Notes: generated by a model not told the origin, from the letters alone. Counted from the first letter of the whole stretch, positions 1 through 13,937 are shown. The stretch: 62,610 nucleotides of DNA, filler included, from Sphacelaria rigidula (GCA_964200075.2; 9 parts of 9 records of this genome joined end to end with filler, not necessarily neighbours in it); one strand, 5' to 3'. Program-made: numbers and translations.

Positions 1-76
1 TTGTCGTGCGTTCTCCACCTCCGTCGGCGGGTTGGTTTGGCTTCTCTTCTCTCCCTCCCCCCCCCCCCCCCCCCCC

Positions 77-114
<38 letters not shown>

Positions 115-218
115 TCAATATGCTTTGATATTGAAAAGGTCGGGTTGACGAGCCCCCAACAGCGGTTGGTGTCGGCGGGCCGGGTTCGATCTGTACAGTT
201 CTATCCAGCTGATCTCAC

Positions 219-318
219 CATGTCTAAGTACTCGACGATGAGTTCCCTGGTATCCTCCAGTTGGTTGGTTTGAAGATCGTAAATGTCTTCCGTCGCGTTT
301 TGTAGTGTGACGATTAGT
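219..318 (-). CDS. Possible internal exon of an unknown gene
   Basis: AG acceptor and GTGAG donor bracket an open frame LIVTLQNATEDIYDLQTNQLEDTRELIVEYLDM; no recognisable family. Confidence 0.3.
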
Positions 319-709
319 CTTGTGTACACCGACGGCGTAATGAGCGTGGTTGTAGCGGAAAAGGACGGGGAGAGGGAGGGGGGGGGAGGGGGGGGGGATG
401 AACAATCAAAATCACAAGCTCTTCCGTTGAAGACTACCGCCCGTTCGGTTTGAAAAAAATATAGGGATTGATCGCTCGAGGGAAGCGCGGCGTCGTGCCC
501 GTTGTTCTACTCTAACAGAAACTACGCATAATAATGAAAAACATACCGTCGCGTGCACATTATTTCTAAGAAGGAAACACCAAAGATAACGTCATTTGGT
601 CACTGGCATCCGAAGGTAAAATAGTATTACAGTTGTCACGTGTCTAACAAGTAGATCTCTCACCGATCGTACGACGGATATTCTATGCAGAATGTTTTCT
701 CGCCTATAA

Positions 710-1103
710 CACGGGATTTTACAAATTAGGGATGGATGCTTTATTGGGGATGAAAACCCGGAGAATTAAAACCTTCGTACCTACACCAAATCTTCGAAGT
801 ATGCTTCCATTTCTTCATTTACTGGTAGCTATTGACAACTACTGCAGGCCATACAAATTTGGATTTCGATAACTGAAATGTCGGGGTCCTAGGTGAAAAA
901 CCAATTTTGGTGTCCTATCGAACACCTCACATCCCCCTAAATTGGCTTTCACCTGGGACCCCGACATCTCGGTTATCGAAATCCAAACCTATATGGCCTG
1001 TAGTAGTTGTCATACTTCGAAGATTTCGTGTGAATACGAAGATTTTAATTTTCAAGGACTCATCCCCAATTAATAGTCCATCCCCAATGTGTAAAATCCC
1101 GTG
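710..1103. mobile_element. Foldback MITE with long inverted arms (family A, copy 1)
   Basis: CACGGGATTTTACA...TGTAAAATCCCGTG termini; arms pair over most of the length; related copy at 47963-48407. Confidence 0.75.
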
Positions 1104-1181
1104 TTCTATAGCTTTGCTAATCTGTTTCGCATCGTATGCACACGTCACTAGTCGCCAGCCGCCCCCCACCGTCCCACGTCC

Positions 1182-1523
1182 TGTTAGGAAATGAGGTTTC
1201 GAAGCTCATTACCCCAAGGCATCGTAACGTGCTGTTTTGGGCAGGATCGGGGGACAAATACAACAGCATCATTAAATTGCACTGTCAATCACCGGGAGTG
1301 TCTCCGACATGTATGCCCGAAGTGGGCGTCACCCTCCCTCGGTCACCCCTGTACGGACCGTACAGCACAGTGGGTTGTTTTGGACTGTCTCGCACGCAAG
1401 TGGCACTTTCAACGCCATCTTCTGTCAATACTACAAGCGCAATGTGTCTTCTCGCTTGGCTCAACCATTGCCGGTACCAGCCTGTGCGACCACACTGTAG
1501 TTGGTGTCCAAGGACATTTTTCA
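1182..1523 (+). repeat. 5' LTR of the copia element
   Basis: TG...CA bounded; collinear with 5796-6119 (GCTCATTA, CGTAACGTG, GATCGGGGGA, TCTCCGACAT, GGTCACCCCT, CCAGCCTGTGCGAC, TGTCCAAGGACATT). Confidence 0.7.
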
Positions 1524-4500
1524 AGAGGTCAGAAAGCCTCGCTCGTTCGTGTGGCGCACACGAGGAGTCTCTGACAGGAACCTCGGAGCTCGGAGCAGCA
1601 GCATAGAATCACCTGGGGATCTCTGCTTGGAAGCAACGTGATTTGAGTCAAAGCCGAGGGCGGTACTACACATGTGCGCGGCTGGCACTACAGCAGTGCG
1701 TCGCGGCTTGAAGGCAGTAGGGTGCGCGATTTGTGGAAAAGGCAACGCAACAACGGCAAGCGTCCAATACTACAGCAGTACGGCCTGAAACGAAATAGGG
1801 GGCGTAATTGTGTGGAGGACGGCATACATCTATGCGCGTCTGGTACTACAGGAGGGCGCAGTAAACTGAACGAAGTAGGGTGCGCAGTTTAGTTTAGCAG
1901 GGTGATTCTGCATCTGGGCATCTTGAGCACTACCGCTAGTCCGCGTAAGCAGCATTCGAGATTCCTCGTTACGCGGAGCTACATTTGTGCGCGACCACTA
2001 CTGAAGTTCAAGGCTATGGTCACACTGTAACACATATAATACGTTCGATATCATCACAATGTGTTCACTTTGTAACGATAATCGGCGGTGGGCAGGGCAA
2101 TCACTATACGATTGGGAACCCTGGCGAACGGCAGTGTTTTATCTTTTTTATTGTCTCTCCCTCCGTGGCCTTGAAGTCAAGTGACGTCGGGACGAGCTCT
2201 TACTGCGGTGGGGAACGCAGTCATGACGATAGTACTATTCGCTTCCTTTCGTTCCTTTCACTCTATGCTGAACGAGATTGCCATGGCGGAGAATGATGAG
2301 ATGACCAGAGGGTGCCGAAGTTCTACCCACATTCCGGTGGCAGAGACGACGTCAGTTTCAGGAAATATAGAGCAAACTCCGCGTGAAACTTTCACTCCAC
2401 CAAAAGGCGGTCGCCAGTATCTTACAGGATCAGCCGAGACCCGAAATCACCCTGATCGGCGATGACACACCACCCCGTGATACGGTAGCTTCGACAGCAT
2501 GGGAACGTGCTAATCACGACTTGTTGGGTGTATTGTATTCCAGCAGAAAGCTATCGGGACAACATAAAACCGATAAGCGACACATGAGTATTACAAGGAT
2601 GGGGTAGGCAAGAGAGAAGCGGCGTGGGCAGCATTGCAATAAGAATACAACAGTAACACCGAGGAGGCAAGGAGAGAGTACCACGACAGGTTGCATATGA
2701 CGACGATGCAGTATAGAGATGATCCGGATGATGGCCTCCACATCATGGACGGGTACGTGATCCTAAAGAGGAAATGGGCCAGCCAGTGCGTAACGAACTT
2801 GACGAGGATATCCTTTTCCGAGCCCTTCCTACCGAGTAGGAAAGGGTCCGTATTGCCAGTTGCAAGAAGCGCAATTTCAATTTGGTGGGAATCAGGCACA
2901 TGGTCAGTACCCATGTGTGTCGACGATCTCCCGCTCGGGGAGTGGCATAGAGTACATCTTCCGCGGGAGGCCACGCCCTACCGAGATAGACTGCACCAAT
3001 TGGGAAGCGGCCTACATTACGAACGGAGGAGGCGGCAAGACGAACGAGGGCGGCGGTAAACGACTGTGGTGTTCATTCCACATGACAAAGGACCATGGCG
3101 AAGAGGATTGCAGTGCCCTACAAAGGCACAACAGGGGAACGCGAGCAGTTCAACTTCGTGTAGTGGTCAGGTTACCCAGCGGTCCCCGGTACAGGGGTGT
3201 CACCTCTGGTCATCTCCGTCAATGACGTCGAAGTGCTGAACACAGACAACTCCACGAAAGCGGTAGATTTCTGGATTGTAGGGGATGGACTGGCTCTTGC
3301 AGCGGGATCGGCTGTTGGAGAGAGGAACGGCAACAACATTACCGTCAGTGTGACTGTGGTCACTGGAGCGTCGGGACACTACTTCGACGATACCGTCATT
3401 CCCGGATTGAGATACAAAATCTTCAACCATCAAGAGCTAGCTGTACTCCCGAGGCGCTCGGACAGGCTGATTTATTGTGGCGTATTGGTGCTGGCGTGCT
3501 CCAGTAATAGTCGTGCCTGCTGGCAGTAGCCTTTGAACTCGTTGCCAATGAAGTACTCCCCTCCGTCGGCCCTTGGTCGCTCGACCCGAGCGCCGCCAGG
3601 AATGACCATCGAATCTATTTCGAGTCGTGATTACCCATGTCGACAATGGATACACTCCATTTCGCGTCCCCTGCTTCATCGAGAACGAGTTCCGCCCCAA
3701 GCTAGGCAAGACCAAACACGAGAATTGGATCAGGCGTTGTAACCCTTCGCTGTCGATGATATGCCCGCGCAGCAGTCAGTCCCTTGCCAAACCCCACCAC
3801 TTTATGTCCTCCTACAGTTGTGATCTTCCGCGGTACGCTTGCAGTCATGGTTCGGTGCATGCTCGCCGACAGCGGTCCGCCAAGCTTCATCTTGCAAGTA
3901 GCGCACCGAACTCCACGCTTGGCACGCAATCATTGCACATGACACAAAGGGGGATATACCAGATCTACGCCATCTTAGCGTTACCGGAACGAGGATTGTC
4001 GCGAATATCGAGAGCGACGCACTCAAAACCCCGCTCTTAAGGCAATTGAACGACGACTGGTGGGGTACAGCAACGACAGCAAAAACTACTGCGTTGGTAT
4101 CTCAGCCACCCGAAGATGAAGAGCAGGAATGTTGGCTTCATCGAGACGCCATGAACGCCTGACGCCACCAGGGGAGTCACAGCTTCTGATGAACCCGTTT
4201 CCACTCAGAGACGAGGAGCCTGGTGACAGTAAGCACCACAACTACGCCACCGACGACGAATTCCTTCTCGATCTTCGCGACTACACCTCCGTGATAGCTC
4301 AACCCTCCCATGTGGTTGGCGATCATGTCACTACCAGCAAAGTCTCGAGAAATCCACAGGTGACCGAGCTTCTGGAGAGAAACAGCGCCACCACCAAGCG
4401 GGATATGCTGCACGACGGTGCCACGCCCCGTTGAGGGACGCTGCACGCGGAAACACACCGGAGGGCAGTGAACCACCGGAACAAGCCGAGATACCCGCAC

Positions 4501-4649
4501 AGGACAAGAACCTACGGAAACACCACCAGCCGAATAACCGCCGCCCCATCCTCCTCCACTCTCGCTTTACGGTGACACGTGCAGGCATCGCAACGCACTC
4601 CTTCAAGGAACGCGAGGTCAAGGTCAAGGTCAACGTTAACGTCAACGTC

Positions 4650-4670
4650 ATTATCATCATCATCATCATC

Positions 4671-4714
<44 letters not shown>
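4650..4714. repeat. (ATC)n/(AAC)n microsatellite inside copia pol
   Basis: Direct reading of trinucleotide runs. Confidence 0.9.
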
Positions 4715-5795
4715 CCGCTCCGCGTATCTTGAAGCGATCGTCGACAGCACGCTTTCCGAGCTACGGCGTCTGGGACTCGGCACCAATGCACTCCTACCGG
4801 ATGTCGTACACCAGAGTTATGAAGCAGAATCCGGCGTGGAGTATGTGTACACAGCGACTGGCCTCTTGAGCGGTTCGGCGGGAGAGATAGCCGAAAACCT
4901 TTCCGAACATGTACGCTGAGGCCATGAGCCTGCCGAGAACGAACACTGAAAAGGCGGATTCAGACGAGGAAGTGGCGAGCCTCAAGACAAACAACATGTA
5001 AATCTTTGGGCCGGCTAGCCCGGTCCCAACCGGAAACACGGTGATCGTTTCTCGATGGGTCTACAACAAGAAAACATACACAAGGGTCGAGTCGTCGTGC
5101 TGGGCTGGGGAAACGTGCCCGGTATCGATTGCGGCAGCACGTTCATTCCGGTCTGCGGGATTCAGAGCGTCCGTGTCGTGTTGGCAGTGGCGGCTGAGTA
5201 CAATTTGGATTGCTGGCAGCTGGATGGTCTTCACCACCGCTATTTTAAACACCGAAGTTGGGAGGGGCGTGTACGTCGAAACGACTGTTGGATACGAAGA
5301 TTTGATGGCCTAGTCGAACATGGGAGCAGAGCTCGTGGCCGCAGCATTCATCATGAAGGAGGGCGTATTTTTCTCGAACATGATGCGCGCGCTGGCGTTT
5401 GGTACGCGCTTCGCCTCCGTTCCCGTCTACGTAGACAGCATCTTAATTCTTCACGTCGCCGGCAACTGGATCTACCGCTCGCAAGACAAGCACGTAGGTC
5501 GACGGTACTTTTTTGTAGAGGAACTGATCAAGTAAGGAAGAATCGACATTCGCTACGTCAAGACGGAGGACAAACGCGCCGACATGGAGACCTGGAACAT
5601 CAGCAAACCCAAGCACCGATACCTCGTGGAGCTGACCAATGCGTTTACAGCGTGGCTGCAGCTCAGCTCACGACTGGTTCTCGCTCTGTATTCATCTGAG
5701 CGACGTGCACAGAGCACCGTGCTGAGATGGTTGTGCTGGGTGATGGGCACTCCTTTGGGAGAAAAAACAGAGTAGATAGTTGCGTTGAGGGAGAG

Positions 5796-6119
5796 GACTG
5801 AGAAATGAGCCTTGGAGCTCATTAAATCAACGCTTCGTAACGTGGTGCTCTATGTGAGATCGGGGGAGAAGTACAACAGTGTCCAGGACGGATCGTAGAT
5901 CGCCGGCACGATCTCCGACATTTCGGTATGAAGTAGGCGACACCTTCCCATGGTCACCCCTCTACTGACTGTACGTCACAGTGGGGTGTTCCGGACTGTC
6001 TTGCCCGCAAGCGGCACCTTTAACAATATATGCTACATATATACTCCTAGTGCAGTGTGTCTGCTCACTCGACTTCACCGCCACCAGCGCCAGCCTGTGC
6101 GACGATGTCCAAGGACATT
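5796..6119 (+). repeat. 3' LTR of the copia element, end obscured by a SINE
   Basis: Follows the polypurine tract; diverged direct repeat of 1182-1523. Confidence 0.65.
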
Positions 6120-6120
6120 G

Positions 6121-6421
6121 CTCGACACTTTCAACCCCCTTCCTTTCTCGGGATAAGTCCGTGCTCTCGAGGGATCAACCCACACTATACCCACACGCCT
6201 CACGTTTTGGTCTCGGGGGTTGAATCGTCCCTCTCGCACCGCTTCGATCCTCGTGAAGCAAACTCAATCAAACGAAAGCTCTTGTTGCTACTCATCTCCT
6301 CACGCTCTCAACGGCGGAAATTGGGTACCGTGAAGAGAAAAACCCAGTGGCTTCTGGCGGGAATCGGACCCTCAGATTTTCCACGTCAATGGTGTCACTA
6401 GTATCATTAGACCACCGGGGC
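6121..6421 (-). mobile_element. tRNA-derived SINE (family S1)
   Basis: Minus strand begins GCCCCGGTGGTCTAATG (A box) ... GGTCCGATTCC (B box); body shared with 26200-26455, 30140-30235, 50425-50715 and 10240-10325. Confidence 0.7.
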
Positions 6422-6869
6422 GTAGCGTTATGCATGATCAGAACGTGACGCAAGGGAGACGCGAAAGGCCTGAGCGGGTCGGCAAAATGGCGGAGAACGT
6501 ATCAAAAAGTTACTCTGCTTCAGTATATTTCACTCATGTGCAGGTGGTGCAATGTAAATATACTGACGCTGATACACTGTAACGAGTCATGCTACTATAG
6601 AGGGGGGTGTTTTGGGCCGTTTTGTTCCACGAAAGTCTACTTGCAATCGTCGTTGATAGCAGCAACAGTAGTTCGAACGCGCTTGCTTTCGATTTATAAC
6701 GCTCATTCATACTGTTTGGCATCGCTTTTACTCAAATACAAGCGCAACGCGAGTGTGTTGGGTCGTCTGACGTGCCTATGAGCCCATTCTATCGTGGCAT
6801 CGAACACCCCCCCCAGAACCCCCCACCCGTGCGCGTCATGTCGAGTAGAGTCAACACCATGGCGGCAAC

Positions 6870-6969
6870 NNNNNNNNNNNNNNNNNNNNNNNNNNNNNNN
6901 NNNNNNNNNNNNNTTAATTAATTAANNNNNNNNNNNNNNNNNNNNNNNNNNNNNNNNNNNNNNNNNNNN
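6870..6969. other. Artificial contig spacer (N44-TTAATTAATTAA-N44); also at 13838-13937, 20806-20905, 27774-27873, 34742-34841, 41710-41809, 48677-48776, 55644-55743
   Basis: Identical 100-bp spacer with six-frame stops between size-sorted contigs. Confidence 0.97.
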
Positions 6970-7276
6970 GGGATCTTCCGCGGGCGGTGCGGCGAGTTCT
7001 GCGGAGGCGCGAGGGGGGTGGGGGGGGGGGGGGGGGGGGGGGGGGAAATCAGGGTGTCACCATCTCAGAACGGTTTCGGAGAAATCGGGATCTAAAAAAA
7101 TAGATTATTCGCCATAAAAGATGGTCTTACGTGAGAAATACCCAGGTACAAAGTCGAGGAAAGTCGCACATCGCCCCATCATAGACAGAAGCCACCTACG
7201 CTGTGCATCATCGGTCTGTGAATAAACCGCAATCTTTGACCACGGCGCGCGCGATATTCCCATGCGGACATCTTAC

Positions 7277-7477
7277 CTCGTACGTTAGATGGTAAAAAAG
7301 ATTATCGGCATCAATCGCCGCCCGTCCCCTCTGCCGGCAGCCAAATATGAGATCTATCCACAAGTGCAGCCGGCGGGACACGTGCGGGCTTTCCAGAGCA
7401 CGCCTCATTTTCCTCACGAAGTCGCGCGGATTTCTCGCCCATGGCGGCAGGCCGACGTCCCCGACACGCTGGCCACT
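7277..7477 (-). CDS. Exon of a BEACH-domain protein (FAN/NSMAF-like)
   Basis: TTCGCAG acceptor, GTAAGA donor, phase 0; [67 protein letters not shown] is the canonical BEACH C-terminal part. Confidence 0.93.
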
Positions 7478-8769
7478 CTGCGAAGACGATCACACAGTTC
7501 AACGCCCCCGGGACACGACTTTGTGGAACCTTGAAACTCATAATCTCTGAGGGTGATTTAGCGAAGGTGTACTCATCATCTTAAACGCCATAGTCATGAA
7601 ACCATTGACCCTGCATCCCTGCAAAGCGGGGACGGAGCGCGACGGGTTCTCGCCGGACCAGGCTCGCAATCACCCAGCGCGAAGCGCCGTGATATATTCG
7701 GTGAGTCGCATGGAGGATGAGCTGCATCCTACCAAGATTGCTCGGCCCGAGGCACACTGATCGTCTCGCTTGAGGATGACAGCCTACAATGAATTCCTTC
7801 ATTTTCTGCTATCGCCACTTTCACAGAAACCCGCGGGATACACACTGCCTCATGGGTGTGTCAACACGTAACACTACGTAGTGTGGTACGATCAAGCCCT
7901 TCGCGCGGAGTACGGGTTCTCCATCCCGCAAAATATGATCTAGCTTGACCGTCGTCATGGTTCCCGCAAAAAAACGCAACCGCAAAAAGAAAAAAAGCAA
8001 TCTGGTGGCCTAGCTTATCCAGTGAGTGGCATACTTTACAGCGTCGTTGCCAACCGACGCCAACCCTCGAAAGGGGGGCGTACTCGTGACCTTGCATGCC
8101 ATGGCCGTATGGCCATTGACTTCAAGGAGGGGGGGGAGGGGGGGGGATAATTCGCAGTGCCTGTGGTATGCGAAGTACCGTATGTCGTAACAAAAAATGG
8201 GCAAAAAGAACATATATAATAATAGAGAGTTTCGGGGGGAAAAAGAGGCCGGAAAAGCTCGGGGATAATCATCGTTTGATTGGATTTTAGTAAGCAAGAC
8301 GCAAATTATCCCCGAGTTTTTGGCTCAAAATTTTGCTTTCCGAAACTCTCTAATGAAGGAAAAGAGATGGGGTTGGGCGATCTCGTATCTCATCATTTCG
8401 AGTAAGGCTGGTGAATCCAAGAAAAGACGGAAGTCACCCCTTCAAGCTGCCGCACCCTAGTAAACGACGGACACGAGAGACCAAACAACAGCAAACTACA
8501 GGTTTCTGGGTCTATGTAGGATCGAGCATGTCTGGTACCCCCTGGATAAGCTGATTCATGTCGAGTGGCGCACGGCTTTTGGTGTGGCGTGTTTCAAGCC
8601 CTTCAAAGCCTGACAAGCCCCCCGCTTACGGATATATCGAGTTATAGGCATGCGATTCATACAAACCGACTGCGGCTGGTTCGCTCATTCTGATCATTCT
8701 GATAACGCCACAAATATTTTTGTTGCGACAATTTCAATTTTCCGCATACATTGTGACAACAAATTCGAC

Positions 8770-9180
8770 ATTATCTGGCAAAACTGACATTTTCAACATA
8801 ATGAAAACTGATATTTCCGGATGTGACGAGCTCTGATACATCCAATCCGTCGAAAACTGGCATTTCCAACCTACCTAGTACTGGTAGCTCCAACGTGATG
8901 GAAACTGATATTCCCAATCTAATTCGACTAATATCTCCAAATTGTCGACAACTGATGTTTTTATATCTGAAGAAAAATAACAACGTCTCCAATCTGGCTA
9001 GATTTGGCATCTCTTCCAGTCTAACGATAATTGGCATTTCCAATCTGACGAGAAACGTGATATTCCCAATCTGTCGAGAAATTGGAGAAATTCAACGTGA
9101 CCACAACTGCTCTATTCGACCTGACAACAACTCATCTAGTTCGAAATATTTGGTGTGACCATCAATCTGATGGAAAGTCA
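8770..9180. repeat. Degenerate tandem repeats in the BEACH intron
   Basis: Recurrent CTG(A/G)(C/T)ATTTCCAATCT-like units. Confidence 0.5.
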
Positions 9181-9234
9181 CATTCACCCTGAGAAGTCGG
9201 ACAAACCCAACCTGCCGATCATCGGGAAACTCAC

Positions 9235-9312
9235 TTGTGTAACGCCAAGGGGCAGATCATCTTTGTTGGTGAGAAAGGCACCATCTCCAGCGTAAAACTC
9301 GGGGATCAACTC
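9235..9312 (-). CDS. Preceding exon of the BEACH-domain protein
   Basis: CTGCAG acceptor, GTGAGT donor; ELIPEFYAGDGAFLTNKDDLPLGVTQ joins in frame to 7277-7477. Missed by the ORF track. Confidence 0.92.
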
Positions 9313-9696
9313 CTGCAGGGGGGGAGGGGGGGAGGGGTTCGCGCAACACGCGATGGTTGAACAAGGAACAAAACACCGAAACCAATCACAAGAGTATTAC
9401 AAGAGTATCGTTAGACAAGTCATGCATGCCAAGGACAGGGAAAACATTGAGTATTGGTCAGGCCAATAGAGAAACTGCTGGCGATGTATATCGCAGGCAC
9501 TGTACACACTCGGCCCTCCATAGAGCACCACGGTGGTAGAAAATAAGTCTCGATGTGGAGAGCACTTTCCTCGCGTTCCTGGAATTGTACGAGTCCGGGC
9601 ACGTAGTCCCCTAAGCAGCTTTCACGATGGGGTTTCTCTCACTCACTAGGCAGCTTGCTGTAGCTGACCCGGTTCCCAGGACAGATCATTCTCGAG

Positions 9697-10115
9697 TAGT
9701 GATGAGTGTCGAGAGAAAAATTGGCAGGATACCATCTCAGATGTTTGCTGTAAAAAAATGACGAATACGACACGATATCCGATATGTCGTATCGCGTGAT
9801 ATCGCACCATATCGGATACGATATTGGGATTTCTGCCTCCAGACTTCCCCAAAAGGTCTAGAATCTAGAGCCAACCTGGTTTTCACACATTAAACTGTAC
9901 ATATCTTATTTTGTATCCCGGGATGAGGCTTAGTGTGGTACATGATATCGCACGATATATTGCGGGATATATCGCGTGATACGCACGCTATATCGCGGGT
10001 TGCGAGGCCCAATATGATACCGATATACCATGCAATTTTAGGCAATATCGATACGCAATATCCGGAAGATGTCGGGGTGGATGTATCGAAAGTCCGGAAA
10101 TGATATCCATCACCA
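9697..10115. mobile_element. hAT-like non-autonomous element
   Basis: TAGTGATG...CATCACCA termini, flanks TTCTCGAG/CTCTCGAC (6/8 match), subterminal GATATC/CGATA motifs. Confidence 0.5.
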
Positions 10116-13100
10116 CTCTCGACCCTAAGCAACCTGTGTGTGCTCCACAGTACATTCATGAATCGAGACTCCGCCTCTAGAGCACCGACACAACACCGTC
10201 GGTAGCCAGTCGTCCGTGGGGGAGTTTTTTTTTTTTCGTCTCACTTTCGATCTCTCCCCCTCCTCGGGACGACGTTGGACAAGTCCGCGGTCTGAGGCGA
10301 TCAACCCATCTCTCATGATGAAAACATTTGGCCTCAAGAAAGGGATCCCCCTTCAACACCTTCAACATCGAAAGCTCGTTTTACTACTGTGGTAGACAAC
10401 TGTTTAGGTAGCTATCTACGTAGTGCAGTCAAGACATGAAGCCTTCACCCAATCCCATGTCTCTCCGTGCTGGGTCTGTTTCGTAATCCAGCTTCGAGTC
10501 TTCCTGTGCACCATGTACGTCACGTCACAGTGCATTGACACCATGCAACATAAAGAGGTCACCCGGAACATTTGTAAATGCGCAGGCGAAGGAGTGCAAA
10601 CTCTCCGCCATCGGGTACCTCAGTCACTCAAGAGTAGCACTACAGTAATCCACCAGCGAGGCAGAACCCGAACAACAACCCCAGTCAAACCACATTTAGT
10701 CACCAGTAGTGTCATTGTTTGCACGACTCGGCAGATGATGATCCATCTGCGAGCTCGATCCAGTGTCTACAAAAGGCGAACATATTGAATAGAACTGAGC
10801 ATGTAGCGCGTAGATGTAATCGCTGATCAAGACGTTTTATATCTCCACTCTAGCTCCTCATTTATATCTCGATTGGGTATGAACGTGTGCGTTGCTGCGC
10901 AATACTTTTTCCACCTGAAGCCATGTTGCAATGACCATCAATTTTTAGTTTTTTTCCTTTGTGTTCGTGTTGCTTGTTTGTTCTTGTTCGTTTCAGTCTA
11001 CTCTGTTGTTCTCTTGTACTTTTTCTGTCTTCTTTACTCTTCTTGAGCGAGTGTTTTCGTTTTTATTCATCTCGGGTACATCCATCATGTGACCACGGGT
11101 ATTGATACATCCCTGAGGGATCCGCTACTCTGCGACAATCAACCAATCAACTAAATCAACCAGTATAGGTCACGCGGGTATGAGTAACGAGCGAGTGTGA
11201 CAAAAAAAAGTAGAAGGAGCCCATTTTTTCGTCCGAGAGCACGCAGCAGTAGTACGTAGCCACTTGCAAAGCTTGTTGCCGCTCTGACCGCCTACATGTG
11301 TCAAGTCTGTACAACACCTCCGCCAGAATGGCCTCTACATATATGCTCCCGCCGACGCGCCTGAACACGCGTTAGGCGGTACACTACATGATGATCTGCC
11401 TGGTGTTTCATTTGCAGCTAGTTGCATCACACAGGCAGTTTGGTGCAACACAGCACAGGCAGTATATGATCGCGAGCGTGCAGTAGGTAGTGGGGTAGAG
11501 TAAGACGCCGAGGACGTCGTTGAATGCACCGTGCTCTCCCATGGCTACCCCCGCAATCGCTCCTCGCTCCCTCGCCCCACGAGCAGCGAAGCAAATCGGC
11601 ACCGGACCCTACAAATCTAACCTCCACCCCTTGACCGCCAGGGTTCGTGGGCCCGACTTTTCATTACGTTACAGTGATGAAAGAGTATTTTTTTTGTTGG
11701 GGAATCAATTGTTGGGGTTACCATGACGACAGCGGAATCGATTCTTTGAGGTTTTTCGGTGGCAAAATACTTGGTGAGATATCTCATGTTTTACAACTTC
11801 TAGTCGGAATCCATCTCGTTTCCGATTTGCATCACATGTGCTCGATGCCCCGTTCAGTGCATAACCTCCCACCCTTGTAGTCGCAGCAGTCCGTAACTCT
11901 GCCGATCCGCACCACCGCAGAGGCATGCAGCGGCAGCCGAGACGCATCGATGGCACACATCTCCTACGTACTGTGTTGTACGACTGCCGTACTGTTGTGC
12001 CTTACACCGCTCTGTATTACTGCTCTACCGTACACACTTACTTCGCGCGAGGATCAAATACAGGGTTGCCGCAAACAACTCGCCGTGGGGACATACCGCA
12101 CCAGCCTCTCGTGATGATGCTTAGAGATGCAGCGTGTTGCGCTGGGTAGAATGGCAACGGTTGGATTACGGTGCAACCTACAGAAGCCACGCCGCCGTTA
12201 TGGTGTTGGCGCTACTTATCGAGAATATCGCAATTTTTTGTTTGTGGGTTTGCCGCTCTTAACAATGATCACAACAAATCTTAAACTCGCAGGAATGTCG
12301 AAGAAAAAGATGGATGCGCAGCCCAATTTCAGGAGTATTGAGACGAAATGCTACAAGGATCTTCTGCACATATAAGTTGAAAATCCTTCACATCAGCAAT
12401 CCATAGTTTTTATGTTTTTCATACAGTTACGGCAGTATTTGTTTTCAATTAAACTTAAAATCGTAACAGCTTTTTGTTTCTCTTCTTTTCTTTGTCACCT
12501 CGGCTACTTGCCGCGTATTGACAATATAAACTTCATGTCACAACTTCAACTCCCAACTCCTAAATCTAAGCTGCGCATGAGTGTTCAACCGGCAATAGGG
12601 ACCCTTGTCTGGCGCAGCTCGTAGTGCAGCGCCTCTGACAAGTCGTACTGTCCAGTAGTGTCGACTCTCTGTTGGTGTGCCTACCATCGCACCTATAGCT
12701 TTGCAAAACACATTCGGTGCAGCTACGGCTATCATACTGTACCGTGCTGTACTAGTGAAGGAGAAATGATAGGTGACGGTGTGTATACTGTGAAGAGGAT
12801 AATTTAGGGACTCGCTTCAAATTGGTTGCATTTACAACCTCAGGAACGATACGAGGCCACAGCACATCGAAGCTGGCATGATATCCCTCAGTTGTCGCCG
12901 AATACGCTCCAGTCAGCCACGTCCTACACTACAAGTTACTACCCCCTCTTGCCCAGTTCCCAGATGGAGCTACGAAGCAACGAAAGATACACCCATGGGC
13001 GCCATCTACATCCACGGCACACCCTGATAACGCTATGTGAAGACACTGGAAATGGTTGTTGTTGTTATTGTCTTCACATTAAAAACCGTTCCGATATCTG

Positions 13101-13583
13101 CGCGGTACATTCGTACTGGGCATCTGATGCGGACCTCTTCCGTCGTCACAGGCTAGCTACCTATAATAAGGTATGAGGAAATCAAACAAAGCCAAAAACT
13201 CAAAATAGACCTAGACTAAAACTCACATAATGCGATATAAGCAAAACAGGTATAAAAAGTGAAGAAGAAAGAGAACACATACGGCTAACCTCAGAAGATC
13301 CGGTGCCGCAGGTGGCCATTCGGATTTCAGGGGGTGGCACCCGGCTTTCCAACTCGACGCGCGAGGCCGAGTAGAAATGAACATAGGGTCCGACTACGGG
13401 CGAGACTCAAGGCCCCAAATACCACCAACCAAAGAACTGGGAATCGCAAGGTTACATTTTTCGACCTCTCGAGGAACAGCCATACGTACAAGCATTCTTT
13501 TTTTCCTGCTCCTGTTTTTTTTCTCTTGTTCCTTTTTTTTCCTTCCTTAGAGCGTGTTTCAGTTTCGTTTTTCTTGGGTACGT

Positions 13584-13734
13584 CTATCATGTCACTATCA
13601 TGTCACTATCATGTCCCTATCATGTCACCATCATGTCACTATCATGTCACTATCATGTCACTATCATGTCACTATCATGTCACCATCATGTCACTATCAT
13701 GTCACCATCATGTCACTATCATGTCACCATCATG
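13584..13734. repeat. 11-bp minisatellite (C[T/C]ATCATGTCA) x~14 within a retroposon 3' end with (AATC)n tail
   Basis: Direct reading; flanks match unexpanded copies at ~11070-11160 and ~36460-36550. Confidence 0.9.
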
Positions 13735-13937
13735 AGACCACGGCTGGACCCCTGGGGGGTCAGTTATAGTGCGACAATCAATCAATCAATCAATCAATCA
13801 ATCGATCAATCAATACCAGGTGTATCAAGACAAGCACNNNNNNNNNNNNNNNNNNNNNNNNNNNNNNNNNNNNNNNNNNNNTTAATTAATTAANNNNNNN
13901 NNNNNNNNNNNNNNNNNNNNNNNNNNNNNNNNNNNNN

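Larger units (their letters stand above)
1182..6119 (+). mobile_element. Degenerate Ty1/copia LTR retrotransposon
   Basis: Gag knuckle-like WCSFHMTKDHGEEDC (~3065-3110); protease-like VTGASGHYF (~3360); RT motifs EEVASLK, VIVSRWVY, KGRVVVLGWGNVPGIDCGSTFIPV...QLD (4960-5230); RNase H AELVAA...KHVGRRYFFVEELIK*GRIDIRYVKTEDKRAD (5320-5585); purine tract 5787-5797. Stops, frameshifts and deletion of most of RT. Confidence 0.9.

Noticed and set aside
6914-6925. TTAATTAATTAA motif recurring every ~6968 bp
   Set aside because: Synthetic assembly spacer.
10400-10510. Further BEACH exon (ETW motif)
   Set aside because: Surrounding residues do not fit the BEACH consensus and there is no suitable donor.
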